Source: Candidatus Deferrimicrobiaceae bacterium (GTDB lineage Bacteria > Desulfobacterota > Deferrimicrobia > Deferrimicrobiales > Deferrimicrobiaceae). Taken from it: a stretch of DNA of 64,000 nucleotides. The notes under the pieces were generated by a model that saw only the letters and a list, made by a program, of their open reading frames with translations, did no database searches and had not been told where the DNA came from. The first letter of the stretch is position 1; every line of letters starts with the position of its first letter. The DNA is taken from the NCBI GenBank assembly GCA_963725055.1, contig CAVRXE010000004.1:809234-873233 (forward strand). Reading direction: 5' to 3'. Positions 48,523 to 59,539 of the stretch are shown here, piece after piece. The position numbers and the translations under genes are program-made.

Positions 48523-49518
48523 GTGGCAGACGTCGTCATCGCGGGGGGGGGGCCGGCCGGGATCCTCCTGGCGCACCACTTCCGCGAGCACGGGATTCGT
48601 CACCAGGTCCTCGAACGGGGGAAGGTCGGACAGTCGTGGCGCGACATGCGCCCAGGGATGGTCCTCCTCTCCCCGGGAGTCCCCGGCACCGACTGGACCT
48701 CCCTGACCCTGGAGCGGCCGATCTGGTCCTTCCCCGGCGTGCGGCGGCCCTTCCCGACCCGCGAAGATTTCCTGTGCTACGTGGAGGCCTTTGCGCGCGA
48801 TCTACGCGTCGAGATCGTCGAGCGCACCGAGATCGTCGGCGCGCGGCGGACGTCGGAGGGGTTCGTCGTCACGACGAACGGGGGCATCGAGATCCCCTGC
48901 CGGTTCCTCGTGATCGCCACGGGAAGCGCCTCCGTGCCCTTCTATCCGGAGGTCCCGGGGATCGCCGGGAACCCGCGCGTGCTGCACTCGGGCGACTTCC
49001 TCAACTGCATGGCGTACGACCGGAGGCGGGTGCTCGTGATCGGCGGCGGGAATTCCGCCGCAGAACTTTGCATCGAGCTCGCCGGGACCGCGGTGACGAC
49101 GTTATGCACCCGCGGTCCGCTTCGCTACTTCAGCGAGTCGGGGGAGCTGGATCATATCCGCGGTACGTCGGAGAGCGTCTTGAAGGAGCTGTTCCGCTTC
49201 GGGATCCTCTCCCTGCGCGAAGCGGATCCGGTCGTCTCCGTGTCCGGCGGGACGGTGGAATTCGCCTCCGGGGAGAGGGAGTCGTTCGACTGGATCGTTT
49301 GCGCCACGGGGTATCGCCCCCGCTGGATCCCCGTCGAGGGCGGCACGGTCGATGTCGTGGAGAAGGGGTACCCCCGCATCTCTCCGGTCGGGGAGTCGAG
49401 CGTGCCGGGCCTCTACTTCTGCGGATCGCTCGCGATGTTCCACCCCCGCTGCTCCTTCATCCACGGCTTCCGCAACTACGTCGAAAAAGTGTTCTGGGAC
49501 ATCGCCGACAGGCTCTAG
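48523..49518 (+). CDS. NAD(P)/FAD-dependent oxidoreductase (flavin monooxygenase/YpdA-like)
   Basis: IAGGGPAG, IATG, VIGGGNSA, CATGY and PGLYFCG motifs. Confidence 0.85.
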   Translation: MADVVIAGGGPAGILLAHHFREHGIRHQVLERGKVGQSWRDMRPGMVLLSPGVPGTDWTSLTLERPIWSFPGVRRPFPTREDFLCYVEAFARDLRVEIVERTEIVGARRTSEGFVVTTNGGIEIPCRFLVIATGSASVPFYPEVPGIAGNPRVLHSGDFLNCMAYDRRRVLVIGGGNSAAELCIELAGTAVTTLCTRGPLRYFSESGELDHIRGTSESVLKELFRFGILSLREADPVVSVSGGTVEFASGERESFDWIVCATGYRPRWIPVEGGTVDVVEKGYPRISPVGESSVPGLYFCGSLAMFHPRCSFIHGFRNYVEKVFWDIADRL

Positions 49519-49683
49519 TCTTCCCCGATTTCGGTCGCAGGATCCGCGTTGGAGTCGGGCGCGTCCGCTCACCCATGCGGCTCCTTGCCGGCAACCTCGC
49601 GGAAACCGGAAACCACCTCCAGACGTAATCATCGAATTTGAACAAGGAAGCAACATCAAGCTTCCTGAAGGAAGGAGGTTTCC

Positions 49684-49797
49684 ATGTGCCAGACCTGTGG
49701 ATGTGAACCATGCAAGACGTGCGGCATGGCGATCAAGAACGGTGTGTGCGTCGGCTGCAGCCAGCCATCCGAAAAATGCACTTGCAAGAAGAAATAG
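49684..49797 (+). CDS. 37-aa Cys-rich metallothionein-like microprotein
   Basis: MCQTCGCEPCKTCGMAIKNGVCVGCSQPSEKCTCKKK, 9 Cys; AAGGAGG RBS at 49672-49678; below the ORF-track cutoff. Confidence 0.75.
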   Translation: MCQTCGCEPCKTCGMAIKNGVCVGCSQPSEKCTCKKK

Positions 49798-49806
49798 GAT
49801 GGTTTT

Positions 49807-49953
49807 ATGCCACTGAACAAGAAAGGGGAGAAGATTAAAAAAGCAATGGAACAGGAATATGGCAAAAAAAAGGGAGATGCTGTGTTCTATGCAAGCGAAA
49901 AAAAGGGAACGATAAAGGGAGTTACCAAATTACCGCAGAAGAAAGAGAAGTGA
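49807..49953 (+). CDS. 48-aa Lys-rich microprotein
   Basis: MPLNKKGEKIKKAMEQEYGKKKGDAVFYASEKKGTIKGVTKLPQKKEK, 9 nt after the Cys-rich ORF. Confidence 0.7.
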   Translation: MPLNKKGEKIKKAMEQEYGKKKGDAVFYASEKKGTIKGVTKLPQKKEK

Positions 49954-50282
49954 TTGGTTCTCCCGAAGAGCCTGTGGGGTATGTGCAATAGTTCGAAAAG
50001 AGTGAGGGCATTGGTTTCCAAGGGTATTCTTGGAGCTGACGACGGGAGCAGGTGGATCGGGTTGCGTTTCTCTACCCGTTCCTGGAGGGGACTCTTCCCG
50101 AGGGAAACGTGGAGCATCTTCCGTCAAGGGGAGTGGAGTGAATTGTCCAAGGATTGAATTACGTCCGAGGTAGCTAGATATACGAGAATGGCATCGCCAT
50201 CCGGCTGGTGGGTTGATTTGTCACGGCCGGAGGCGCCGATAGTTAGATTTGGCGGGCGGACCGCCCGCCCGGTTCATGGGGG

Positions 50283-50441
50283 TCAACATCCGGTATCCAC
50301 ATCCGCCTTAAGGAACGCGCGTTCCAGAAACGAATTCAACGCGTGCATCCACCCGATGGGGTCAGCGCTCTCCGCCGGGTCCGGTCGCGGGTTCGGGGGT
50401 TGTTTCGGATCGGCGTTGTTGCTCTCGTCGCTGTAGCTCAT
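50283..50441 (-). CDS. 52-aa hypothetical microprotein
   Basis: MSYSDESNNADPKQPPNPRPDPAESADPIGWMHALNSFLERAFLKADVDTGC, with GGTGGAG upstream. Confidence 0.4.
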   Translation of the reverse strand: MSYSDESNNADPKQPPNPRPDPAESADPIGWMHALNSFLERAFLKADVDTGC

Positions 50442-50697
50442 GGACTCTCCACCGTCAGGACCGTGCCTGCTCGATTCTCCTGATTCTGCAAAGGAACCAA
50501 TATGTCCTTGGGATACACGTCAGGAGGGTTTCGATTCCCGTTTCGGACGGTCAAGGTATTAACCTTGTGGGACAACGTGAGATGGGCATTACGAGGGCAA
50601 GAATTTTAGAATTGTCTCGCTAGCAATCCCCCGCAAAACCAAAAGGTCACTTGGCCTCGCGACAAGTTCCGTTTTTTCTTGAAATCGGGCCGAGTGG

Positions 50698-52255
50698 CTA
50701 CGTGGCTTCCCCCGGTGCCCCGAATCCGGACAGGCGGTACTGGAGAGCTTCCGCGACATGGGGGAGCCCCGCCCGGCGCTCGGCGGCGAGGTCGGCGATC
50801 GTCCGCGCCACGCGGCACGCCTTCCCGATCGCCCTTCCAGACAGGGAGAGCCGTTCCGCCGCCCGCGTGAGGAACGCGGCCGCCTCCGGCGTGAGCTCCC
50901 GCAACAGTTCCGCCGTCCCGGAGCGGACGGTCCCGTTCGTCCGGGAAACCGCGCCCCGCGTACCGCGCCTCCTGAACCGCCCGGCACGTCTCGACCCGAC
51001 GCCGGACCGCCGCCGACGATTCGCCGCGCGCCTCGCCGGACCACGCCTCGACCGCGACCGGAAGCACGGAGACCGCGAGGTCGATCCGGTCGAGAAGGGG
51101 TCCCGAAAACTTTCTCGAGAACCGATCGAGGAGCGGCGGGGAGCACCGGCAGACCTTCCGGGGGTGGCCCGCGTTGCCGCACGGGCAAGGGTTGGTCGCC
51201 GCCAGCAGCAGGAACCGGCACGGGAACCGGTACCGATGGCCGGATCGCGAGAGCCGGATCTCTCCCGATTCGACCGGCTGCCGGAGCGCCTCCCGGACCT
51301 CGGCACGGAATTCGGAGAATTCGTCGAGGAACAGCACGCCGCAGTGGGCGAAGGAGATCTCGCCCGGCCGGGGCGGGATTCCTCCCCCCAGCAAACCGGC
51401 CGCGGTGATCGACGGGTGGGGCGCCCGGAACGGGCGGCGGAGGAGAGGACGGGGCCAGGGCGGTTCCCCGGACGCTCCGTAGATGCGCGTCGCGTCGAGG
51501 GCTTCCGACGCCGAGAGGTCCGGGAGGATTCCGGGGAGCCGTTCGGCAAGCATCGTCTTTCCGCACCCTGGCGGCCCCACGAGGAGCATCGCGTGGCACC
51601 CCGCCGCCGCGATCTCGAGTGCCCGGCGCGCCATCGGTTGTCCAACCACGTCCGAGAGATCGGGAGGGCGCTCGGAGGCGGGGGCGCCGGCGTCCTTCGA
51701 CGGGCCGCCCCCGGGATCGGCGTCCGCGCCATTGCCGGGGGCTCCCTCGCCCGTGAGGGCGGCCGCCGCCTCGCGGAGGGAGCGGACCGCGACCACCCGG
51801 ATCCCGGGCACCAGGCGCGCCTCGTCCCCGTTGTCGAAGGGAGTGATGACCCCCGGGATTTTTCGGTTCCGCGCGAGGATCGCCTGGGCGAGGGCCCCGC
51901 GGATCGGCCGAACCGTGCCGTCGAGAGAAAGTTCCCCCGCGATCACCCACCCGGCCAGCGCTTCCCCCGGCAGGATGCCCTCTGCGGACAGCACCGACAG
52001 TGCGATCGGCAGGTCGAGGAGGGAACCGTCCTTCCGCAGATCGGCCGGCGCAAGGTTGACGGTGACCTTCCGGCCGGGGAAGGGGAGTCCGGAGTTGCGC
52101 ACGGCGGCGCGGATCCGGTCGTCGCTTTCCCGGACCGCGCCTCCGGGGAGCCCGACGACGGTGTAGGAGGGCAACCCGTGGGCGATGTCGGTTTCCACTT
52201 CCACGGGAACGGCGTCGATCCCGAGCACGGCGAAGGAGAGGGCGCGAACGAGCAA
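50698..52255 (-). CDS. YifB/ComM family Mg-chelatase-like AAA+ ATPase, with a one-base frameshift near 50944
   Basis: VTVNLAPADLRKDG, GPPGCGKT, LFLDEF and NPCPCG; tail RVARTIADLA..HVAEALQYR in another frame; own AGGAGG and TTG at 52255. Confidence 0.9.
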
Positions 52256-54409
52256 GGGAGCGGACCTCCTGACGGTGTCTAATCCGGTCCGGTGGACCGG
52301 GTCGACCGTGAAGGAGACAGCAACGGCGTGCCGGGGAGGGCGGCGCCGAGAGAGCTTGCGCTGCGTCGCCCCGGCGTCGGAGATCGCGCGCCCGAGCCGG
52401 TTTGCCAGGCGGAACGACTCATCCCGCGCCTCCGGGGGGAGCGGCGCCGGGCCGAAGCGGTCCCGGTGGTACAGGCCGAGGAAGCGGGCGGCGTCCGCCG
52501 AAAGGTCGGGTCGGGACCGGACCGCGGCGGTCAGCGTCTCTTCGAGGGTCTCCCCCGGGGTACGCCGGAACCGGTGGCGATCGAGTCGCCGGACGAGGCG
52601 CGCGTACGGGCCGGGGAGCGGCGGGAGGCCGGGCGGGGATCCTCTTCCCGCGGAGCCTCGCCGCCTCCGTAGAAGCCGGTAGAGCAGATAAAGCGCCGGA
52701 GCGGCGAGAAGCGACCAGCCCGCGGCACCCCGCGCCGTGCCGCCGATCCCGTCCCATCCCCGGAACCGGAAGGCCGCACCGGTCCGGCGGACCGCGCGCA
52801 CGCCTTCCTTCACCGCGTCGGCCTGCATTCGCATGGAGTAGTTGACGACGTATTTGTCCCACCGCTGGCGGAGCCAGTCCGCATACAGCCCGATCGTCCC
52901 CGTTGGCGTCCTGAAGGGGGAGGAGACACCGGAGGGCGGGGTCGCGTCGAGCGTCTGCCAGCGCCCGTCGATCCACGCCTCGACCCACGCGTGCGCATCC
53001 GATTGGCGGACGATCAGATACTTCCCGATCCCGTTCCATTCACCGCCGAGATAGCCGGCCACGACGCGGGAAGGGATCCCCGCGCCGCGCAGCAGCAGCG
53101 ATAGTCCCGCGGCGTAATGTTCGCAGAAGCCGGCCCGCTTCCGGAACAGGAACTCCCGGATCGACGAGGCGGGATCGGAGAGGGTGTAGCGGAAACCGGA
53201 CAAGAAGAAGCGCACGATCCGTTTCGCGCGTTCGTCATCGGTTCCCGTGTCCCCGGCGATCTCCTGCGCGAGGACCCGCACGTCCTCGTGCCCCCCGGGG
53301 AAAGCGAGATCCTCCGCTCCCGTGCGGCGAACGATTCGGGGTCGCCTGGGGAGGTCCGCCGCGAAGCGGACCCGGTATCGGAGCGTCGGGTGCCCGGAAC
53401 GCGCCAGGGAGAGGTTTCCCTCCCCGTCGGAGAGGACGGGGACGAACGGGCCCTCGATCAGCGTCGGATAGCCGTAGGTGAAGAGGGCGGGGTGGTCCGC
53501 CGCCTCGAGGGTGATGTCCGCCGTGGAATCCGGGACGGCCGCATCTCCCACGAAGTGATGGAATCCTGCCCTCTGGACAGGGAGGGAAGTCGCGCTGCCG
53601 CGGCGCCAGACCCCGTCCTCATACCGGGGATACACCGCGCCCCGCAGGTAGAGGTTTGCCGGGAGGAGCCCGGGGCGCAATTCCGGGAATTCCACCCTGG
53701 CCACCACCCGGGGGTCCGATTTTATGCCGGTCACCTCGCGGAGTGAGATCGTCTCGGAAAAGCCGACGACGCCCCGCGCGCGTCCGAACCGCTCGAGAAT
53801 CTGGCGGAACTCGAGACGCGGAATGACCGCGAACAGGACCGCCGAGGCGAGAAACCCGCCGACCCCGGCAGCCAGGAGAACAGCGGCCGCGGTTCGAGCC
53901 GGGACGGCGTATCCTCCCGGCGGACGCCCCGCCTCTTCCGCCTCCTGGTCGTGAAGGGCCCCCATCGCGCCGGCGGAGGCGACGAAAAAGAGGAACGCGA
54001 AGAGGGCGAAGGCCAGCGCGTCGGTTCCGGAGGCGGCGGCGAGAAACTCGAGGAGGGCGACGGCGCACAGCTGCCATCCGTCCCGGCTTCCCTTCGGGAG
54101 GAGGAACTTCACCGATTGCACTCCAAGCACGAGCAGCGAAAGGGAGGCGAGGAGGTCGCGGCTTCCGAACAGGAGGTCGGCCGCGGCGGCGGCGAGGAAG
54201 AGCGCGACGACCGGCGATCCGAACCGGGAGAGGGTGGCGCGCGGCGTATCCGCCCGGTCCATCGCCACGCCGGCGGCCCACGCGCAGGCCGCGAGCATGA
54301 GGGCCCATCGCGCCGCGTCGGTGAAGAGGGCGAGGAGGGCGAGAGCGAGCGCCCAGTGGACGCGCAGGGACCACCAGAGGAGCTCCCGTGTCGGGAGACG
54401 GCGGGTCAT
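52256..54409 (-). CDS. Transglutaminase TgpA-like membrane protein; no stop codon before yifB
   Basis: Multi-TM N-terminus; GFCEHYA, DAHAWVE and LDATP Cys-His-Asp triad; typical partner of moxR-DUF58. Confidence 0.88.
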
Positions 54410-55349
54410 GACGGCGCCACCGGCGGTGCCGGGTCGAACCGCGCTTTCGCCAGTGCCTCGAGGGCCTTGGTCCGCCGATCCGGATCGTGCGCTTCGGCGC
54501 ATATCCGGTCTCCGATCCGGAGCCGGAACGGGACGGCCCGCCGCTCAAGGTCGAGCACGGCGCCGCACGCATCCGAAAGCCGGGCTTCGAACGCCTCCGG
54601 CGTGCCGGCCGCCTCTACGCGAAGGTCGATCCCGGGCGTGGCTTCCCTTTCCCGCTCCTTGACCATCCAGCGTCCCGTCCTCGCCGTCGCCTTCCAGTGG
54701 ATGTCCCGCACGGGGTCCGCGGGGAGGTGCCCACGCACTCCCCGTGGGAAGGCGCCGACCCGCCCGGACAGGAAAGGGCGTCCCGACGGTGCCGCGATCG
54801 GGAGGTCTTCTCCCCGCGCCGCGGGCGTGGAGGGCCGGGGGTACACGATGACGCCGGCGGGAATGGAACGTTCCATCGATTTCTCGAACAGGGAGAACGG
54901 GAACCGCGTCGAGAGGGAGGCGTGGATCGAATCGACTTCCCCCCTTCGGGTCGGTCGGAACGGGACAATGCGGGTGACGGACGTCCCGGGCGCGATGTCC
55001 GGGAACCGGACCGTCGCGGAATCAGCTCCGGTCCGCAGGACCGCGACGAGGGAGATGCCGGGGAACCGTTTCGCCTCCGCCGAACAGGTGACGGCGAGGA
55101 ACGCCTCCCCCCCGCGAACGCCTCGGTGGCGAGCCGGACCTTCAGCGTGACGTGCCGCAGCGTCCCCTCGGACAGGACGCCCGACAGGAGGATCAGGGAC
55201 AGGTTGAGGCTCAAGGAGAGATAGAGGAGGTTGTTCCCCGTGTTGATGGCGGCGACGCCGACCCCGAGGGTGACGAGGAGGAACGCACGGCCCGCGAAGG
55301 GGACCCGCAGATGGCGGGGAAGGCGAAACCGGCGCGCGACGGACATCAC
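54406..55349 (-). CDS. DUF58 family protein, with a one-base frameshift in the C7 run at 55107-55113
   Basis: AAINTGNNLLYL in the first frame; STRFPFSLFEKS and DPVRDIHWKATAR in the second frame. Confidence 0.85.
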
Positions 55350-56293
55350 AGCGGCGACGGCACCACCGAGAGGACCTCCTCGAGGATCGCCTGGGCGGCT
55401 TCCGACCCGGCGGAGTCCCCTTTCGGGAAGACGCGGTGGCAGAGGACCGGAACCGCCGCCCGACGGACGTCCCCCGGGGTCACGTGGTCCCGGCCGGAGA
55501 GGAGGGCCAGCGCCTGCGACGTGCTCTTCAATCCGATCGCCCCGCGGGGGGATGCGCCCAGGCGGACGGCGGGGTGGGCCCGGGTCGCCGCCGCGAGCCG
55601 CTGGATGTAGTCGACGACCGCCTCATGGACGGTCACCCGGTCGACCTCCCCCCGGAGGGCCCGCACCTGTTCCGGCCGCAGCGACGCCGGGATCCCGTCC
55701 CGCATCGTGAGGAGATTGTTCTCGCGGATGAGTTGCCGTTCGGAATCGCGGTCCGGGTAGGAGAGGCGCAGGCGGAGGTTGAAGCGGTCGAGCTGGGATT
55801 CCGGGAGGGGGTACGTCCCGTGCTGTTCATACGGATTCTGCGTCGCGATCACGAGGAACGGCTCGGGAAGCGGGTAGGTCCGGTTGTCCACCGTCACCTG
55901 CCGCTCGCTCATCGCCTCGAGCAGGGCACTCTGGGCCCTGGGGTTGCTCCGGTTGATCTCGTCGGCGAGGACGACGTTGGCGAACAGCGGCCCCGGCGAG
56001 AAGACGAACGATTTCCGTTCCGCATCGAGGATGTGCATCCCGATGATGTCCTGGGGAAGGAGGTCGCTCGTGAACTGGATCCGGCGGAAGGTCCCGGAGA
56101 TCCCCGAGGAGAGGGCCCGCGCCAGCGTCGTCTTGCCGGTGCCCGGGACGTCCTCGAGGAGAACGTGGCCTCCCGCGATGAAGGAGGCGATCGCCAGGTT
56201 GACCGACTCCCGTTTCCCGAGGAGGACGGTTTCGACGTTCTCGCGGAACGATGACAGCAGCTCGGTGAGCGGTTTCCCTTCCATGAAGGACAT
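55346..56293 (-). CDS. moxR: MoxR family AAA+ ATPase
   Basis: LLEDVPGTGKT, RIQFTSDLLP, LADEINR and ATQNP..GTYPLPESQLDRF motifs. Confidence 0.95.
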   Translation of the reverse strand: MSFMEGKPLTELLSSFRENVETVLLGKRESVNLAIASFIAGGHVLLEDVPGTGKTTLARALSSGISGTFRRIQFTSDLLPQDIIGMHILDAERKSFVFSPGPLFANVVLADEINRSNPRAQSALLEAMSERQVTVDNRTYPLPEPFLVIATQNPYEQHGTYPLPESQLDRFNLRLRLSYPDRDSERQLIRENNLLTMRDGIPASLRPEQVRALRGEVDRVTVHEAVVDYIQRLAAATRAHPAVRLGASPRGAIGLKSTSQALALLSGRDHVTPGDVRRAAVPVLCHRVFPKGDSAGSEAAQAILEEVLSVVPSPL

Positions 56294-56423
56294 TATCTCT
56301 CAACCGGACGGCGCTTTGACAAAAATCCGGAATGGTATTTGAATGGAACCCCGGCATTTCCCCTCGGGAGGCGGAATGCCGGGCGTCACCGGCCGCGAAG
56401 CGCGGCCCCTGGAAGGTGTGGTT

Positions 56424-56734
56424 AATCAGGAGGACCATGTGTCGATGGCGGCACACGGCGCGCGCCGGCTTGTGGCCATGGCGGAGAACGCCGCGAATGT
56501 CGTTGCGATCGAGCTTATCGCGGCGGCGCAGGGCTGCGACTTCCATACGCCGATGAGGTCCAGCGCGCCGCTTGAGCGCGTGCGCGCGCGCCTGCGTGAA
56601 CGGCGTTCCGAGGCTCGAGCACGACCGTTATCTCGCGCCGGACATCGCCGCCGCCGCCGATCTCGTGCGGTCCGGCGCGCTCGCCGGGGTAGCCGGAGTC
56701 GAGTCTGCCAAGCCTCGAAGGAACGAGTGCATGA
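56424..56734 (+). pseudogene. hutH: 3' fragment of histidine ammonia-lyase, frameshifted
   Basis: [38 protein letters not shown]; begins abruptly at 56424. Confidence 0.85.
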
Positions 56735-57531
56735 CCGAACCATGGCTCACTGTGAGGCGTGGCGAGGCGCCGCTCATCGTCTCATTTCCACACAGCGGTC
56801 TCGAACTTCCGTCTGACTGCACGGCGGGCCTCGTTTCGGCGGACCTCGCGCGCCATGACGCCGACTGGTACGTCGACCGGCTCTACGTCTTCGCCCACGA
56901 CTTCGGTGCGACCACCGTGCACACCGCGCTCTCGCGAACGGTCATCGACGTCAACCGGGATCCGTCCGGCGCCTCGCTTTATCCCGGGCAGGTCGACGAC
57001 AGGCCTGGTGCCGACCGAAACCTTCGATGGCCGGCCACTCTATCGCGACGGTGCGGCGCCGACGCCGAAGGAGATCGAGCGGCGCAAAGAGCTTTATTTC
57101 GCGCCCTATCATGCGGCGCTCGCCCAGGAGCTAGCGCGCCTGCGCGCGTCTGCACAAGCGCGTGGTGCTGTACGATTCCCATTCGATCAGGTCGGTGATC
57201 CCGCGCCTGTTCCCGGGCGAACTGCCGGTCTTCAACATCGGCACCAACGACGGCAGGGCGTGCGATCCTGCGTTGACCGAGCGGATTGCCGCCATCTGCG
57301 CCGCGAGCCGATGGTCGCACGTAGTCGACGGCCGCTTCAAAGGCGGCTGGATCACCCGCACCTACGGAAGACCTGCGGATGGCATCCACGCGGTGCAGAT
57401 GGAAGTCGCGATGCGCGCCTATCTTCCCGACGAGAGCGATCCGCCCCGCTGGGACAACGATTTCGCCAAGCCGATCCAGCAGACCTTGCGGAGCGGTCTT
57501 CGAAGCCTGCCTGACGTTTGCCCGCGCCTGA
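56731..57531 (+). CDS. hutG: N-formylglutamate deformylase, broken by about 3 indels
   Basis: [41 protein letters not shown] and [10 protein letters not shown] motifs across frames. Confidence 0.85.
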
Positions 57532-57542
57532 AGAGGATTTCA

Positions 57543-59278
57543 ATGCCCACCCGTCTCGACAATGCTCGCCTCATCCGGGCCCCGCGCGGCCCAAAACTTT
57601 CCGCCAAAAGCTGGCTGACCGAGGCGCCGCTGCGGATGCTGATGAACAACCTCGACCCCGAGGTGGCCGAGAAGCCGCACGAGCTCGTGGTCTATGGCGG
57701 CATCGGCCGCGCCGCGCGCGATTGGGAGAGTTTTGATCGCATCGTCGCAACCCTCACCGCGCTTGAAGCCGATGAGACGCTGTGCGTGCAATCCGGTAAA
57801 CCGGTCGGCGTGTTTCGCACGCACCCGGACGCCCACGCGTGCTGATCGCGAACTCGAACCTCGTGCCGCATTGGGCGACGCTTGACCATTTCAACGAGCT
57901 CGACCGCAGGGGCCTGATGATGTACGGCCAGATGACTGCGGGCTCGTGGATCTACATCGGCTCGCAGGGCATCGTGCAGGGCACCTACGAGACTTTCGCG
58001 GAGGTCGGGCGGCGCCATTACGGCGGCAACCTCGCCGGCAAATGGATTCTCACCGCTGGGCTCGGCGGCATGGGCGGCGCGCAACCGCTCGCCGCGACCA
58101 TGGCGGGCGCATCGCTGCTGGCGATCGAATGCCGGCCATCGCGCATCGAGATGCGGCTCAAGACCGGCTATCTCGATGTCCAGGCAAAGAACTTGGACGA
58201 AGGACTGGCGATGATCGAGCGCGCTTGCCGCGAGCGGAAACCGCTCTCGGTTGGCGTGCTCGGCAATGCAGCCGAGATGCTGCCCGAGCTGGTGCGTCGC
58301 GGCGTGAAGCCTGACGCGGTCACCGACCAGACTTCGGCACACGATCCGATCAACGGTTACCTGCCCGCGGGCTGGACGCTCGCCGAATGGGATGCGCGAC
58401 GCGTGAGCGATCCCAAAGGCGTCGAGCGCGCGGCGAAGCAATCGATGGCCGTTCACGTGCGCGCGATGCTGGAGTTTTGGCGGCGTGGCGTGCCGACGTT
58501 CGATTACGGCAACAACATCCGCCAGATGGCGAAGGAAATGGGCGTCGAGAACGCCTTCGACTTCCCCGGCTTCGTGCCGGCCTATATCCGTCCGCTGTTT
58601 TGCCGTGGCGTCGGCCCGTTCCGATGGGTGGCGCTCTCAGGCGACCCGGAGGACATCTTCCGCACCGACGCCAAGGTCAAGGAGCTGATGCCGCACGACC
58701 GGCACCTGCACAACTGGCTCGACATGGCAAAGTCGCGCATTCAATTCCAGGGCCTGCCCGCGCGCATCTGTTGGGTCGGGCTTGGCGACCGGCATCGTCT
58801 CGGGCTCGCGTTCAACGAGATGGTCGCGCGCGGCGAACTCAAGGCGCCGATCGTGATCGGCCGCGATCACCTCGATTCGGGTTCGGTCGCCAGCCCCAAC
58901 CGCGAGACCGAGGCGATGAAGGACGGCTCCGACGCGGTCTCCGACTGGCCGCTGCTCAACGCGCTGCTCAACTGCGCCTCCGGCGCCACCTGGGTTTCCT
59001 TCCACCATGGCGGCGGAGTCGGCATCGGCTTCTCGCAGCACGCCGGCATGGTGGTTGTGTGCGACGGCACGCCGGAGGCGGCGCGTCGGATCGCGCGCGT
59101 GCTGTGGAACGACCCGGCGTCCGGCGTCATGCGCCACGCCGACGCTGGCTACGATGAAGCAATCGCCTGCGCAAAGGCGCACGGGCTGAAGCTGCCAAGT
59201 TTGATGGTCAGAGAAGCATTGGTCGCATTGGCCGGCATGGACGGCACGGGATCACGCCCGAGGCGGCGCGCACCTTGA
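57543..59278 (+). CDS. hutU: Urocanate hydratase, with a frameshift near 57835; C-terminal end uncertain
   Basis: [53 protein letters not shown] and HHGGGVG motifs. Confidence 0.93.
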
Positions 59279-59539
59279 GTGCGGACCAATTCGACGGTGA
59301 TCGCGGCGATCGCGGTAAACGTGGCGACGCCGATGCCATGCTTTCCGCGGCCTCGATGGACGCTTCGATCAGCGCTTGCGCGATTGCTCCCATGGGAGAT
59401 ATGCTCAAAATGATCTGGTTAAATCCTGGTGCTGCGCCATCAACTGAACGTGCTGCGAAGAAAATCGCCGAAGCGGCTCGACATTAAGCAACGTCGATCG
59501 TCTAATATTTGCCGGACTATATGAGCTCGAGACGCGAAT

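Noticed and set aside
56424-59278. hut operon as a truly decaying pseudogene cluster or a case of programmed frameshifting
   Set aside because: Scattered single-base indels with otherwise conserved protein sequence fit uncorrected read error better
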